Below, piece after piece: positions 54,731-64,000 of a stretch of 64,000 bases of DNA; the first letter of the stretch is position 1, and the number at the start of each line of letters is the position of its first letter. The DNA is from Bdellovibrionales bacterium (GTDB lineage Bacteria; Bdellovibrionota; Bdellovibrionia; Bdellovibrionales; DASUEL01): assembly GCA_050250255.1 (NCBI GenBank), contig JBFWOZ010000010.1:1-64000 (forward strand), in the 5' to 3' direction. The position numbers and the translations under genes were made by a program. The notes under the pieces were generated by a model, which was given only the letters and a program-made list of their open reading frames with translations, made no database searches and was not told the DNA's origin.

Positions 54731-57520
54731 ATGGTGATGCAAACCTACTACGTTCCGTCTTTAGTAATTTTATCTATTGTCGTAGCAATTTTTGCCTCTT
54801 ACGTGGCTTTAAATCTTGCCCATAGCGTTACGCAGGCAAGAGGTAGAGCTCAAGTCATTTGGTTGATTTGTGGTTCGCTGGCAATGGGCGTCGGTATTTG
54901 GAGCATGCATTTTGTTGGAATGCTGGCTTTTGAAATGCCGGGTATGGAAATGGCCTATGACGTTCCGCTCATGGCTCTTTCAGTGATGGTAGCGATTGCA
55001 GGCAGTGCGCTAGCTCTTTTTGTTGTGAGTCGACCACTTGTACATCAGGGATCACTCATTTCAGGTGGTATTGCCATGGCCGCAGCCATTTGCGGTATGC
55101 ACTACATTGGCATGTATTCCATGCGAATGGCCGCGACCATACAATGGAATCTCTATCTTGTTTTTCTCTCTGTGCTGATTGCATTGATGGCTTCTTTTGC
55201 GGCTCTGACCATTTCTATTAAATTGAGAAACAAGCCTGACAGATTTTATCTCTTGTTTGCCGCGAGTGTATTAATGGGCTTTGCCATTTCGGGAATGCAT
55301 TACACGGGCATGATTGCAGCAACGTTTATTCATGACGATTCTGTGAAAATTATTGAAAGTAATTTGTTAGTGACCTCAGGTCTCACGATCGTAGTGATGG
55401 TGACCACGGTGTTGATTTTAGGGCTCGCGCTCGCAAGCTCTATTGGTCAGAGAGTGCTAAGAATCTGGCAACGACAAAGTGAAGAAGTCCTAATTAACAT
55501 CGAAGAGAAATATCGCCTCCTTGTTGAAGCTGTAAAAGATTATGCGATTTTTATGTTGGATACGAAGGGGTTTATCACCACCTGGAACGCCGGTGCGCAA
55601 AAAATTACGGGTTACACTGCAGAGAAAATTATTGGGAAACACGTTTCCACTTTTTATACGAAAGAAGATCTCGTTGCAAATGTAGCGGTCTACGAGCTAG
55701 AGATAGCACAAAAAAATGGCCACTTTGAAAATGAAGTGATTCGAGTAAGACGAGATGGCTCTCAGTATTGGGCGAATATCGTTATTGACCCTCTCTATGA
55801 TAATCAGGAGAGACTCACGGGATTTTCTAAGGTGGTACGTGATATCACGCAATTAAAAGAAGCTGCCGAGCACACAAGAAATATCAACGAAGAACTTGAA
55901 AAACGAGTCAAAGAGCGAACACTCGAATTGCAGGAAAGAGAATTACAATTACGTACAATTACGAATGCGATTCCTATTCTGGTGGCTCAATTGGATCGGA
56001 ACGAAAATTTTTTGTTCGCGAATAATTCTTTCTGTGATTGGTTTCATTGTAGCCCAAATGAAATATCACAACGCACATTTCGCGAAATATTAGGACAAGA
56101 AAGATATCCGCAAAACAAAAAGTATATTGATAAAGCGCTCGCTGGAGAAATTGTCACTTACGAAAGAACTTCGAAAAGTGGTGATAGACAGGCAAATTTA
56201 AATATTACTTTTGTTCCAGAGTTTGGTCCCGACCAACAAGTGAAGGGGTTTATTGTCGTTGCAACGAACGTGACGAGATATAAAGAAATTGAATTGGAAC
56301 TTAAAGGTGCGAAAGAGGCTGCAGAAGTAGCGAATGAAACAAAGAGCGCCTTTTTGGCAAACATGAGTCACGAAATACGCACTCCGCTCGGAGCCGTGCT
56401 TGGATTTTCTGAACTGATATTGGATGAGACCATATCACCTTCAGAAAAAAACAATATGATTGAGGTGATTAAGCGTAACGGCAAACTGCTCTCCACAATT
56501 ATTAATGATATTTTGGATCTTTCTAAGGTGGAGGCCGGCAAACTTCAGGTAGAAAAAACAAACGTGCAACTTTTTGATCTGCTGAACGAAATCTCAGCGC
56601 TTCTGAATTTGGAAGCCAGCGGTAAGGGAATTCGATTAACGATTTCTTCGGAGGGACTTGTTCCTCAAGTAGTAAAGTCCGATTCGACACGCCTACGACA
56701 AATTCTCTTTAATATCGTGGGAAATGCCATTAAATTCACTTCAAGAGGTTCGGTGGATGTTCGCGTGATGCTCTCACCAACCGATGCCAGTAAGCTTGCT
56801 TTTTATGTCACTGACACGGGAACGGGTGTAGATCCAGGGCATGCTCCAAAACTTTTTTCTCCATTCACCCAGGCCGATGTGACCACCACCAGAAAATTTG
56901 GTGGAACTGGACTTGGTTTAGTACTTTCTAAAAAACTAGCAAACGCTTTGGGTGGAGATGTGGTTCTAGAGAAAAGTGTACTGGGTCAAGGAAGTACATT
57001 TGTTATCACCATCGAACATGGGCAATCACAGAAAGTTCCTTTCGAAGGGTCAGAGGAAATTTGGCAAAAAGATTTTAAGATGCTGAATCTTTCGGTCCCG
57101 GAAGATAGGAAAAAACTTGCGTCCTCAAACATTTTGCTTGTGGACGACAGCCTCGACAACCTTTCGCTCATAACGAAAATGTTAAAAATTGTTGGCGCTA
57201 AAGTCGCAACCGCTTCGAATGGCAAAGAGGCGATTGAAAAAGCATTTCAGGAAGATTTTGATCTTGTTCTTATGGATTTGCAGATGCCCGAAATGGATGG
57301 TTATGAGGCCACGGCAGCGCTCAGGCAGAGTGGTTTTTCGAAGCCCATTATTGCTTTAACCGCACATGCGATGAAAGAAGAGCGCGAGCGTTGCTTAAGG
57401 AGTGGATTTAACGACCATCTCACAAAACCGATTGATCGTGAGCGCTTAATGCACACTCTGTACGCATATCTGGGTGAAGAGCGATCGGGAAAGAAAGCCT
57501 CCGATCATCGTTTGGTGTAA
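54731..57520 (+). CDS. Hybrid sensor histidine kinase MHYT-PAS-PAS-HisKA-HATPase-REC
   Basis: MHFVGM, MHYIGM and MHYTGM repeats; PAS regions; MSHEIRTPL; GGTGLGL; MDLQMPEMDG. Confidence 0.94.
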   Translation: MVMQTYYVPSLVILSIVVAIFASYVALNLAHSVTQARGRAQVIWLICGSLAMGVGIWSMHFVGMLAFEMPGMEMAYDVPLMALSVMVAIAGSALALFVVSRPLVHQGSLISGGIAMAAAICGMHYIGMYSMRMAATIQWNLYLVFLSVLIALMASFAALTISIKLRNKPDRFYLLFAASVLMGFAISGMHYTGMIAATFIHDDSVKIIESNLLVTSGLTIVVMVTTVLILGLALASSIGQRVLRIWQRQSEEVLINIEEKYRLLVEAVKDYAIFMLDTKGFITTWNAGAQKITGYTAEKIIGKHVSTFYTKEDLVANVAVYELEIAQKNGHFENEVIRVRRDGSQYWANIVIDPLYDNQERLTGFSKVVRDITQLKEAAEHTRNINEELEKRVKERTLELQERELQLRTITNAIPILVAQLDRNENFLFANNSFCDWFHCSPNEISQRTFREILGQERYPQNKKYIDKALAGEIVTYERTSKSGDRQANLNITFVPEFGPDQQVKGFIVVATNVTRYKEIELELKGAKEAAEVANETKSAFLANMSHEIRTPLGAVLGFSELILDETISPSEKNNMIEVIKRNGKLLSTIINDILDLSKVEAGKLQVEKTNVQLFDLLNEISALLNLEASGKGIRLTISSEGLVPQVVKSDSTRLRQILFNIVGNAIKFTSRGSVDVRVMLSPTDASKLAFYVTDTGTGVDPGHAPKLFSPFTQADVTTTRKFGGTGLGLVLSKKLANALGGDVVLEKSVLGQGSTFVITIEHGQSQKVPFEGSEEIWQKDFKMLNLSVPEDRKKLASSNILLVDDSLDNLSLITKMLKIVGAKVATASNGKEAIEKAFQEDFDLVLMDLQMPEMDGYEATAALRQSGFSKPIIALTAHAMKEERERCLRSGFNDHLTKPIDRERLMHTLYAYLGEERSGKKASDHRLV

Positions 57521-57616
57521 GCCTTTGCGATGTCTCTGAAATTTCTGTTTTTAAACCTCGCGTCAAATAGGACCAACTTGACAAGAATTTGATTTTCCTG
57601 CTTTCTGACACTCAGT

Positions 57617-57692
57617 TCAGGAGTAGCTCAGTTGGTAGAGCAAGCGGCTGTTAACCGCTTGGTCGGGGGTTCGAGTCCCTCCTCCTGAGCCA
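57617..57692 (+). tRNA. tRNA-Asn (GTT)
   Basis: 76 nt; acceptor stem TCAGGAG/CTCCTGA, anticodon arm AGCGG-CTGTTAA-CCGCT, GGTTCGAG T-loop, encoded CCA. Confidence 0.97.
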
Positions 57693-57702
57693 TTATTCAA
57701 TT

Positions 57703-57780
57703 AATACCGGTATCCCGGTATCCCGGTATCCCGGTATTCCCGTTACCTTGAATACATGGATCCCAGTACGGAATACTGAG
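57703..57780. repeat. Octamer array (AATACCGG then TATCCCGG x3, decaying)
   Basis: Directly visible tandem repeat downstream of the tRNA. Confidence 0.85.
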
Positions 57781-57877
57781 CCAGCCCTCCTCCTCTTCAA
57801 AAATAAACAGTGTCACTTTAGCTCAATTTGACATCCCACTAAAGTCTTACATACTCCCTAGATACAGGGGGGAAACC

Positions 57878-59848
57878 ATGACGTTCATTCGCCAAATTTT
57901 CTTAGGGGCACTTTTTTTCTCATTTGCGGTGACTTCAACCGCACAAGCTCAATCCACGCTGCCGATTCAATACGGAAATAAACAAATCGATCTCCTCTCC
58001 TTTATCGGTGCGGGTTTTTTGATCATGGCGATGGTGGATGAAAGAAACGATGACATCTATTGGATGCGTGACGCAATGAACTCTGTTGAAGTGATCAAAG
58101 TTGGTCGCACAGCGAGTGGCGGTTATGATGATACTAAATCCAAAATTGTTTTTGATTTAGGTCGACGAACAGTGATTCAGCCCCGCGGACGTTTCAATCC
58201 TCTTGATAATTTCTTTTACTTTGTGACGGATAACAATTCCGATGAAACATATAATGTATTTCGTCTCGATCCTAAGAAACGCATTTTTCAACAGGTGAGT
58301 TATGCCGCTTATGCAGCGGCGTTTGAACTGAGCCAAAATCAAAAGCTTCTCTTTTATCATGGGCGCGACAACCCGCTTTCGGGAGAAGTGTGTTTGCGTG
58401 AGAAAAAGGCAGATTCCTCGAAAGCTGAAAAAAGACTCCTTTGTGATCACGAAGGTCTTCGCATTTATTTCTTCGTTGACCCTTTTATAGATCAGCAGGA
58501 CCGTTACGTTGCCTCTTATATGATTCGCGACGGGTTACGCACGAACGCAAATATCGGCATCTATGATCGTCAAACAAATACGGTGAAAACGGTTTATCCT
58601 CCAACAACAACGGGCCAAACGATTTCTATGCTCGATTGGGCTAATGGAGAATTTTATTTTGCGATGACAAGGCAGGGAATGACCGCGACATATGCCTATG
58701 ATCCTGTAACGACAGCCATCCGTATGGTTCGCCAACATACAGGTACAGTGCTCGGTGCCTACTCCAACAAATTGAAACTCTTAATGACTCAGGAGCCTGC
58801 AGGCGGCGGTACGAATGGCAATACGAATATGGTCTTTTACGACCCTATGAAGAAGGAAGTTGTGAAAGTCGCGAACATGGGCGGCTATACCTACGACATT
58901 TATACGCCACGGTTTGAAATGAAAGACGGAAGTCATTTCGCGCTCGTGCGACGTCAAGATTCGTTAACGAAAGCGCTCGCAAAAGTGTCGCCGAACGGGT
59001 CGATAGTGGTTCAACCACTTTTTATTCCTGAAGTCGAAAAGAAGCTGAAGCAGTCTTGTGAGGTCGAGGATTTCACCTATGAAACATTCGACAAAGATTT
59101 GATGGGAGCGCAGAGGAAAATACATGGGGTTCTCTTTCGTCCACGAATTCCGGCGACAAAACCAGCAGCGGTGATTTTTGCTCATGGTGGACCAAGTAGT
59201 TCAACTACGAAATCCTACAATATGTGGATTCAAAGTCTTTGTGAGGCGGGATATTTTGTATATGGACCGAACGTACGAGGAAGTACTGGTTACGGAAAAG
59301 AGTTTGAAGATCTCAATAACAATGACTGGGCTGGCGGAGATGCACTTGATTACGAATACGCAAGACGGGCGATTCTTCAAAAATTCAATTTAGCTCCACA
59401 ACGTGTAGGTATTTTGGGCGGAAGCTACGGTGGATACATGACAAACTGGGCGATGACCCGACCCAATAATCAATTTGCTTTTGGTGTGAATCACTATGGA
59501 ATGTCGGATCTTTTCCTGGGCCTTGAAGGGAATACCGCAGATATGCAAATCGGAGAAATTGGAGATCCTCGTAAGTCAGAAGGAGTCAAAAGGTTTTACT
59601 CGGAACGCTCTCCAATTAATTGGGCGAAAGATTTAAAAAATCCATTTCTTTTGATTCATGGGGAAATGGATCGTCGTGTACACGTTGAGCATAGCCGTCG
59701 CTTTGCAACCGCATTAACGCAAGAAAACAAAGTGTTCGAATATTACGAAGCAAAAGGTGAAGGCCATGGTTGGCGCTACTTAGGAGAAATCCAAAAGCTC
59801 TATCAGAAAACGTTTCAGTTCCTCTGGACTCACGCACCGACAGAATAA
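57878..59848 (+). CDS. Secreted S9 prolyl oligopeptidase family peptidase
   Basis: Signal peptide, propeller region, HGGP, NVRGSTGYG, GGSYGG, HGEMD.RV, EGHG. Confidence 0.92.
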   Translation: MTFIRQIFLGALFFSFAVTSTAQAQSTLPIQYGNKQIDLLSFIGAGFLIMAMVDERNDDIYWMRDAMNSVEVIKVGRTASGGYDDTKSKIVFDLGRRTVIQPRGRFNPLDNFFYFVTDNNSDETYNVFRLDPKKRIFQQVSYAAYAAAFELSQNQKLLFYHGRDNPLSGEVCLREKKADSSKAEKRLLCDHEGLRIYFFVDPFIDQQDRYVASYMIRDGLRTNANIGIYDRQTNTVKTVYPPTTTGQTISMLDWANGEFYFAMTRQGMTATYAYDPVTTAIRMVRQHTGTVLGAYSNKLKLLMTQEPAGGGTNGNTNMVFYDPMKKEVVKVANMGGYTYDIYTPRFEMKDGSHFALVRRQDSLTKALAKVSPNGSIVVQPLFIPEVEKKLKQSCEVEDFTYETFDKDLMGAQRKIHGVLFRPRIPATKPAAVIFAHGGPSSSTTKSYNMWIQSLCEAGYFVYGPNVRGSTGYGKEFEDLNNNDWAGGDALDYEYARRAILQKFNLAPQRVGILGGSYGGYMTNWAMTRPNNQFAFGVNHYGMSDLFLGLEGNTADMQIGEIGDPRKSEGVKRFYSERSPINWAKDLKNPFLLIHGEMDRRVHVEHSRRFATALTQENKVFEYYEAKGEGHGWRYLGEIQKLYQKTFQFLWTHAPTE

Positions 59849-59863
59849 AATCTGATATCGGAA

Positions 59864-59989
59864 TTATTTGGATGGGCCCACAAACACGCTGAGATTGGCG
59901 CTTCCTGTTTTTAAAGTGACAATACCGTAAATCACTAAGCCCAATCCGACGAGAAGAGCAAAAATTTGAAGACGTAAAGTGAGATTCAT
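59864..59989 (-). CDS. Putative 41-aa membrane microprotein
   Basis: Hand translation MNLTLRLQIFALLVGLGLVIYGIVTLKTGSANLSVFVGPSK; fills the intergenic gap. Confidence 0.45.
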   Translation of the reverse strand: MNLTLRLQIFALLVGLGLVIYGIVTLKTGSANLSVFVGPSK

Positions 59990-60072
59990 TTGGCTTTCAT
60001 TCTAGAATAAGAACCTAGACCTTCACACGAAAATATTTGTCGCCGCAACGCAGCTCCATGGATACTTTCAGG

Positions 60073-61341
60073 ATGGGTTTTGGTAGGTTCCAGCGCATGT
60101 TGAGAATGACCTTTTGCGCTTTATTTTTGATGACGTCCTCAGCTTTTGCGCAAACTCGCTCGCTCACTCTTGATGAGAGTTTTCAATTAGCCACGCAAAA
60201 AAATCAATCGGTCGCCATTCAAGAATCAACTGTCGTGCGCGCTCGAGAAACGAAAGCCCAAGCTCGTGGCGCTGTTTTTCCTTCTCTTGCGGCAATTGGT
60301 GATTATACACGTCAGGATATAAAAAACCTTCCGGCAACAAGCACCATCAAAGAAGATTCGACTTCGGCTCGACTTCATTTGAACCAATCTTTGTTTCGCG
60401 GATTTAGTGAATACGCGGCGATGAGATCAGCCTCTTCACTTGTTGAGCAAGAAGAATTCAATTTGAAAGACAGCAAAAACAATCTTTACGTCACTGTCGC
60501 TCGTTCGTTCTATCAACTTTTGATTTATAAATCAGAAGATGAAAAATTAAAAAAACTTTTGGAACTGACGGATCGCCGGGTCGGGGAGCTTCGCAAACGC
60601 ACAAGTGTGGGACGGACACGTCGAGGGGATTTGTTAACGGCACAATCACAGGCGGCTTCCTTAAAATCGCAAATTGCGGCCAACACGACGCTGCTTCAGC
60701 AAAGTCAGGCACAATTTGAAGCTCTCACAAATGTTTCATCACCTTCACTCGTCGATAACCTGTCTCTTCCTGAGCAAATGCCTCCACTCACGCAATACAT
60801 TTCCAAAATTGAAGATCGTCCCGACATTGCGAGCTCCGCGATCCAAGCGAAGCGCGCTGACGAGAACGTGGCGATTTCAAAAGGTGGGCATTGGCCTCGT
60901 CTGGATTTGAGCGGAAATTATTATTTGAAGCGTACAGGTTCTTTAGAAGATGTGAAGTGGGATGCGGGTCTTACGCTGACCGTTCCTCTCTTTGAAGGGG
61001 GTATCACGCAATCTCAAGTGCGCGAAGCTTCTCAGCTTTATTATGAGTCGCAGAAAACTCTTGAACTCAATCGTGAGTCCGCATCAGTGGAGCTCAAACA
61101 ACTTCACTCCACCGCCGCGCAAGGGTTAGAGCAGATCAAATCTTTAAAAGAAGCCGTCGAGTTAGCGGAAGCCAATTATAGAGAACAGTCGAAAGATTAC
61201 CGTTATGGTCTCACGACAAATCTTGAAGTTTTTCAGTCGCTGAACTCTTACGTCGATCTCGAAAGAAATCTCGATAAGACGATTTACCAAACAAAAATTG
61301 CGATTGTGCAGCTAAAAGCTGCTTCAGGAGTCGTTCAGTGA
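60073..61341 (+). CDS. TolC family outer-membrane efflux protein
   Basis: Signal peptide, two OEP repeats, RPD, P.LDLSG, VPLFEGG; start codon uncertain. Confidence 0.9.
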   Translation: MGFGRFQRMLRMTFCALFLMTSSAFAQTRSLTLDESFQLATQKNQSVAIQESTVVRARETKAQARGAVFPSLAAIGDYTRQDIKNLPATSTIKEDSTSARLHLNQSLFRGFSEYAAMRSASSLVEQEEFNLKDSKNNLYVTVARSFYQLLIYKSEDEKLKKLLELTDRRVGELRKRTSVGRTRRGDLLTAQSQAASLKSQIAANTTLLQQSQAQFEALTNVSSPSLVDNLSLPEQMPPLTQYISKIEDRPDIASSAIQAKRADENVAISKGGHWPRLDLSGNYYLKRTGSLEDVKWDAGLTLTVPLFEGGITQSQVREASQLYYESQKTLELNRESASVELKQLHSTAAQGLEQIKSLKEAVELAEANYREQSKDYRYGLTTNLEVFQSLNSYVDLERNLDKTIYQTKIAIVQLKAASGVVQ

Positions 61342-64000
61342 AATCTCCCTTAAAATCGTCGGGACTTTCGGATATTGCCATTCGTAATCCTGTTTTTACG
61401 TGGATGATCATGGCGTCCCTCATCCTATTTGGAGGGATTTCTTTTAGCCGCATGGGCGTGAGTCAACTCCCAGATGTCGACTTTCCAAATGTGAATATCA
61501 GTTATGCTTTAGAAGGTGCCGCGCCTGAGGTGATGGAAACCACCGTAGTGGATCCGGTGGAAGATGTGTTGATGTCGATTGCGGGCATTGAAAATATCTC
61601 CTCTACCGCACGTAGCGGAAGTGCGAGTATCAATTTAGAATTTGATCTTAATAAAAATATCGACGTCGCCGTTCAAGAAGTACAAACTGCTTTGGGTCGT
61701 GCTCAAAGACGTCTGCCCGCGGACGTTGAACCTGCGGTCATCACAAAATCCAATCCTGAAGACCAGCCGATCATGTGGCTCGGTGTAAGCACCGACCGTA
61801 TGGAAACGCCAGAGTTTATGGCCTACGTACGCGACCATTTAAAAGATAAGTTTTCGACAGTTCCTGGGGTGACGGAAGTGTTTTTGGGGGGCTATGTTGA
61901 TCCGGCGCTTCGAGTTTGGATTTCTGCAAAGAAGCTTAACCAGTACTCGCTTACAGTAGATGATGTTCTCAACACGATTAGTACAGAGAGCGTGGAGCTG
62001 CCGTCTGGGCGAATCGAAACTCACGAAAAAGAAATCAATGTTCGTACTCTTGGTGAGGCCAACACCGCTGAGGGATTTAGAAAACTTGTAATCAGTCGAC
62101 GTGGTGGTGGCGCGAATTACAATCCCATCACTTTAGGGCAAGTCACCATTGTGGAAGATGGCCTCAGCGACATTCGTCGTAAAAGTCGTATCATGGGAAA
62201 GCCTGCTATTGGGTTAGGAATTCGTAAGCAGCGCGGTTCTAACGCCGTCGGTGTAGGCGATGCCGTTCTTAAACGAATGGAAGAAGTAAAAAAGCAATTA
62301 CCTGAAGGTATGCAAATCGGGGTGAACTTTGATGGAACGAAGTTCATACGAGAATCCGTTCGAGAATTAAACATGACTCTTCTCGAAGCGGGTCTTCTCA
62401 CAGCGCTTGTGTGTTGGCTGTTCTTAGGAAGTTGGACTGCGACTCTCAACGTAATTCTTGCGATTCCAACTTCCATTGTAGGGACTTTCATTATTCTCTA
62501 CGCATTAGGTTTTACGCTGAACACCTTTACGCTTCTTGGTCTTTCTCTTGCGATTGGTATCGTTGTGGATGATGCCATCATGGTGCTAGAAAACATCGTT
62601 CGCCATCGGGAGTTGGGGAAAAGTAAACTTGAGTCGGCAACCATTGGCGCACGCGAAATTTATTTTGCCGCCCTTTCGGCAACGGTAGCCATTATTGCGA
62701 TTTTCTTACCGGTGGCTTTTATGAAGGGCCTCATCGGTAAATACTTTTTTGAATTTGGAATCACAATTTCCGTCGCCGTGGCTCTTTCTCTCTTGGAAGC
62801 CTTAACACTTACGCCAATGCGCTGTTCACAGTTTTTAAAAGTGGAACACCGTACGACTCGCATTGGGCGTTTTGTAGAAAATGCTTTTCAAAGTTTAGCG
62901 GCCTCTTACCAGAAACTTTTGCCTTTTCTTTTGCGTCATCGAGTCGTGACTCTCTTGCTAGCATTAGTTGTGTTTTTGGCGTCGCTTCCGATCGCGAAGT
63001 TTCTTTCTAAAGAGTTTGTACCGCCGCAAGATCAAGGAACCTTGATGGTTCGCCTGCAGGCCCCAGAAGGTTCTTCACTGGATTACACCGATGCCAAAGT
63101 CATGGAACTCGAGAAAATCTTAAGTTCCAAGCCTGAAGTGGAGCGCTACTTTGTTTCCGTAGGTGGGTTCGGTGGCGGTCAGGTAAATACCGCTATGGCC
63201 TTCATCACTCTTAAGCCGAAGAACAAAAGAACTATTTCACAACAGGATTTAGCAGAAGTCCTCAGAGCTGAATTTAAAAACATCAAGGGGGCTCGTGTTT
63301 TTGTTCAAGATCCAAGCTTGAGCGGATTTGGTGGAGGCAGAAGTTTTCCGGTGGATGTCTCTTTGCGCGGCCCTGATTGGACAAAACTGGGTGAGCTTTC
63401 AACACAGATGAAAGAGGAAATGGAAAAGACGGGCATTATGGTGGATGTGGACTCAGATTTCCGTAGCGGAATGCCTGAAGTGCAAGTGATTCCTGACCGA
63501 GAAAAAGCAAGATTATATGGCGTGAGTTTTATGGATATTAATAAAACTATCAACTCTCTCATTGGTGGTTCCCTTGCAGGGCAATTTTCTCGCGACGGTC
63601 GTCGTTACGACGTACGTGTACGGTTGTTAGCGGACGAACGGGATGAGACCACTTCGATCACAAGACTTTTTGTGAGAAATAATCGAGGTGAGCTCATTCC
63701 GCTTTCTTCAATCGTGAAGATCGAAGAAAAAACCAGTCTTCAATCGGTCTCGAGAAAAAATCGTGAGCGCGCAATCAGCGTTTACTCCAACTTAAAGCCT
63801 GGCACTTCTCAAACAGATGCGATTACAAAGGTTCAGGAGATTGCCAATAGAATTCTCCCTAAAGAATACAACATAGTTGTGGGTGGAAGCAGTCAAACTT
63901 TTCAGGAGTCAATGCAGAGTTTGATTTTTGCACTTGTCTTGGGATTACTTGTTTCCTACATGGTCCTTGCTTCGCAGTTTAATAGTTTTATTGATCCGAT
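61338..64000 (+). CDS. AcrB/AcrD/AcrF RND permease, truncated at window edge
   Basis: Not in the ORF track. From GTG 61338: AIRNPVF...LPDVDFP...AIGIVVDDAIMVLENI...ALTLTPM...VLASQFNSF. GTGA overlap with the TolC gene. Confidence 0.93.
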   Translation, partial: MKSPLKSSGLSDIAIRNPVFTWMIMASLILFGGISFSRMGVSQLPDVDFPNVNISYALEGAAPEVMETTVVDPVEDVLMSIAGIENISSTARSGSASINLEFDLNKNIDVAVQEVQTALGRAQRRLPADVEPAVITKSNPEDQPIMWLGVSTDRMETPEFMAYVRDHLKDKFSTVPGVTEVFLGGYVDPALRVWISAKKLNQYSLTVDDVLNTISTESVELPSGRIETHEKEINVRTLGEANTAEGFRKLVISRRGGGANYNPITLGQVTIVEDGLSDIRRKSRIMGKPAIGLGIRKQRGSNAVGVGDAVLKRMEEVKKQLPEGMQIGVNFDGTKFIRESVRELNMTLLEAGLLTALVCWLFLGSWTATLNVILAIPTSIVGTFIILYALGFTLNTFTLLGLSLAIGIVVDDAIMVLENIVRHRELGKSKLESATIGAREIYFAALSATVAIIAIFLPVAFMKGLIGKYFFEFGITISVAVALSLLEALTLTPMRCSQFLKVEHRTTRIGRFVENAFQSLAASYQKLLPFLLRHRVVTLLLALVVFLASLPIAKFLSKEFVPPQDQGTLMVRLQAPEGSSLDYTDAKVMELEKILSSKPEVERYFVSVGGFGGGQVNTAMAFITLKPKNKRTISQQDLAEVLRAEFKNIKGARVFVQDPSLSGFGGGRSFPVDVSLRGPDWTKLGELSTQMKEEMEKTGIMVDVDSDFRSGMPEVQVIPDREKARLYGVSFMDINKTINSLIGGSLAGQFSRDGRRYDVRVRLLADERDETTSITRLFVRNNRGELIPLSSIVKIEEKTSLQSVSRKNRERAISVYSNLKPGTSQTDAITKVQEIANRILPKEYNIVVGGSSQTFQESMQSLIFALVLGLLVSYMVLASQFNSFIDP

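Noticed and set aside
54731..57520. MHYT hybrid kinase as a novelty
   Set aside because: Well-known domain architecture with intact motifs; its ligand cannot be inferred from the sequence.
32204..57780. CRISPR array from the short repeats
   Set aside because: Units are contiguous 8-mers without unique spacers, and no cas genes are present.
61635..63562. Several minus-strand ORFs in the track
   Set aside because: Antisense shadows of the RND permease; the same applies to most short overlapping ORFs across the window.

Overview
Gene-dense bacterial chromosomal window, most likely from a Bdellovibrionota (Bdellovibrio-like) genome. This is inferred from the Flp/Tad cluster layout, a TIGR02147-type HTH protein followed by secreted unknowns, and two TatA paralogues; it was not confirmed by any search. 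Contents from left to right: (1) 1-3796, a bacterial microcompartment operon (BMC-Tdp, BMC-H, BMC-P, acylating aldehyde dehydrogenase with an encapsulation peptide, BMC-T, BMC-P, BMC-P) resembling the Haliangium ochraceum (HO) type and running off the left edge; (2) 4026-9325, a divergent Flp/Tad pilus cluster with no motor genes; (3) 9.3-40 kb, mostly housekeeping genes (pcnB, DEAD-box helicase, tatA x2, rsmH, split transketolase, thiamine-type ABC transporter, nth, elbB, CDF transporter, speB, mutY, proteases); (4) 40.3-44.7 kb, an AT-richer accessory patch with an HNH endonuclease that has related palindromic sites inside, upstream and downstream of its gene; (5) 45-64 kb, purK/purE, a KamA-family radical SAM enzyme, tsaA, an MHYT-PAS hybrid kinase, tRNA-Asn, an S9 peptidase, TolC and a partial RND pump. 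Non-coding highlights are palindromes and a MITE-like element that supply the stop codons of convergent genes, a recurring GTCTCA-N3-TGAGAC motif, and octamer arrays in front of two secreted peptidases. No CRISPR array, rRNA, integrase or transposase was seen. All protein calls come from motif recognition by eye.
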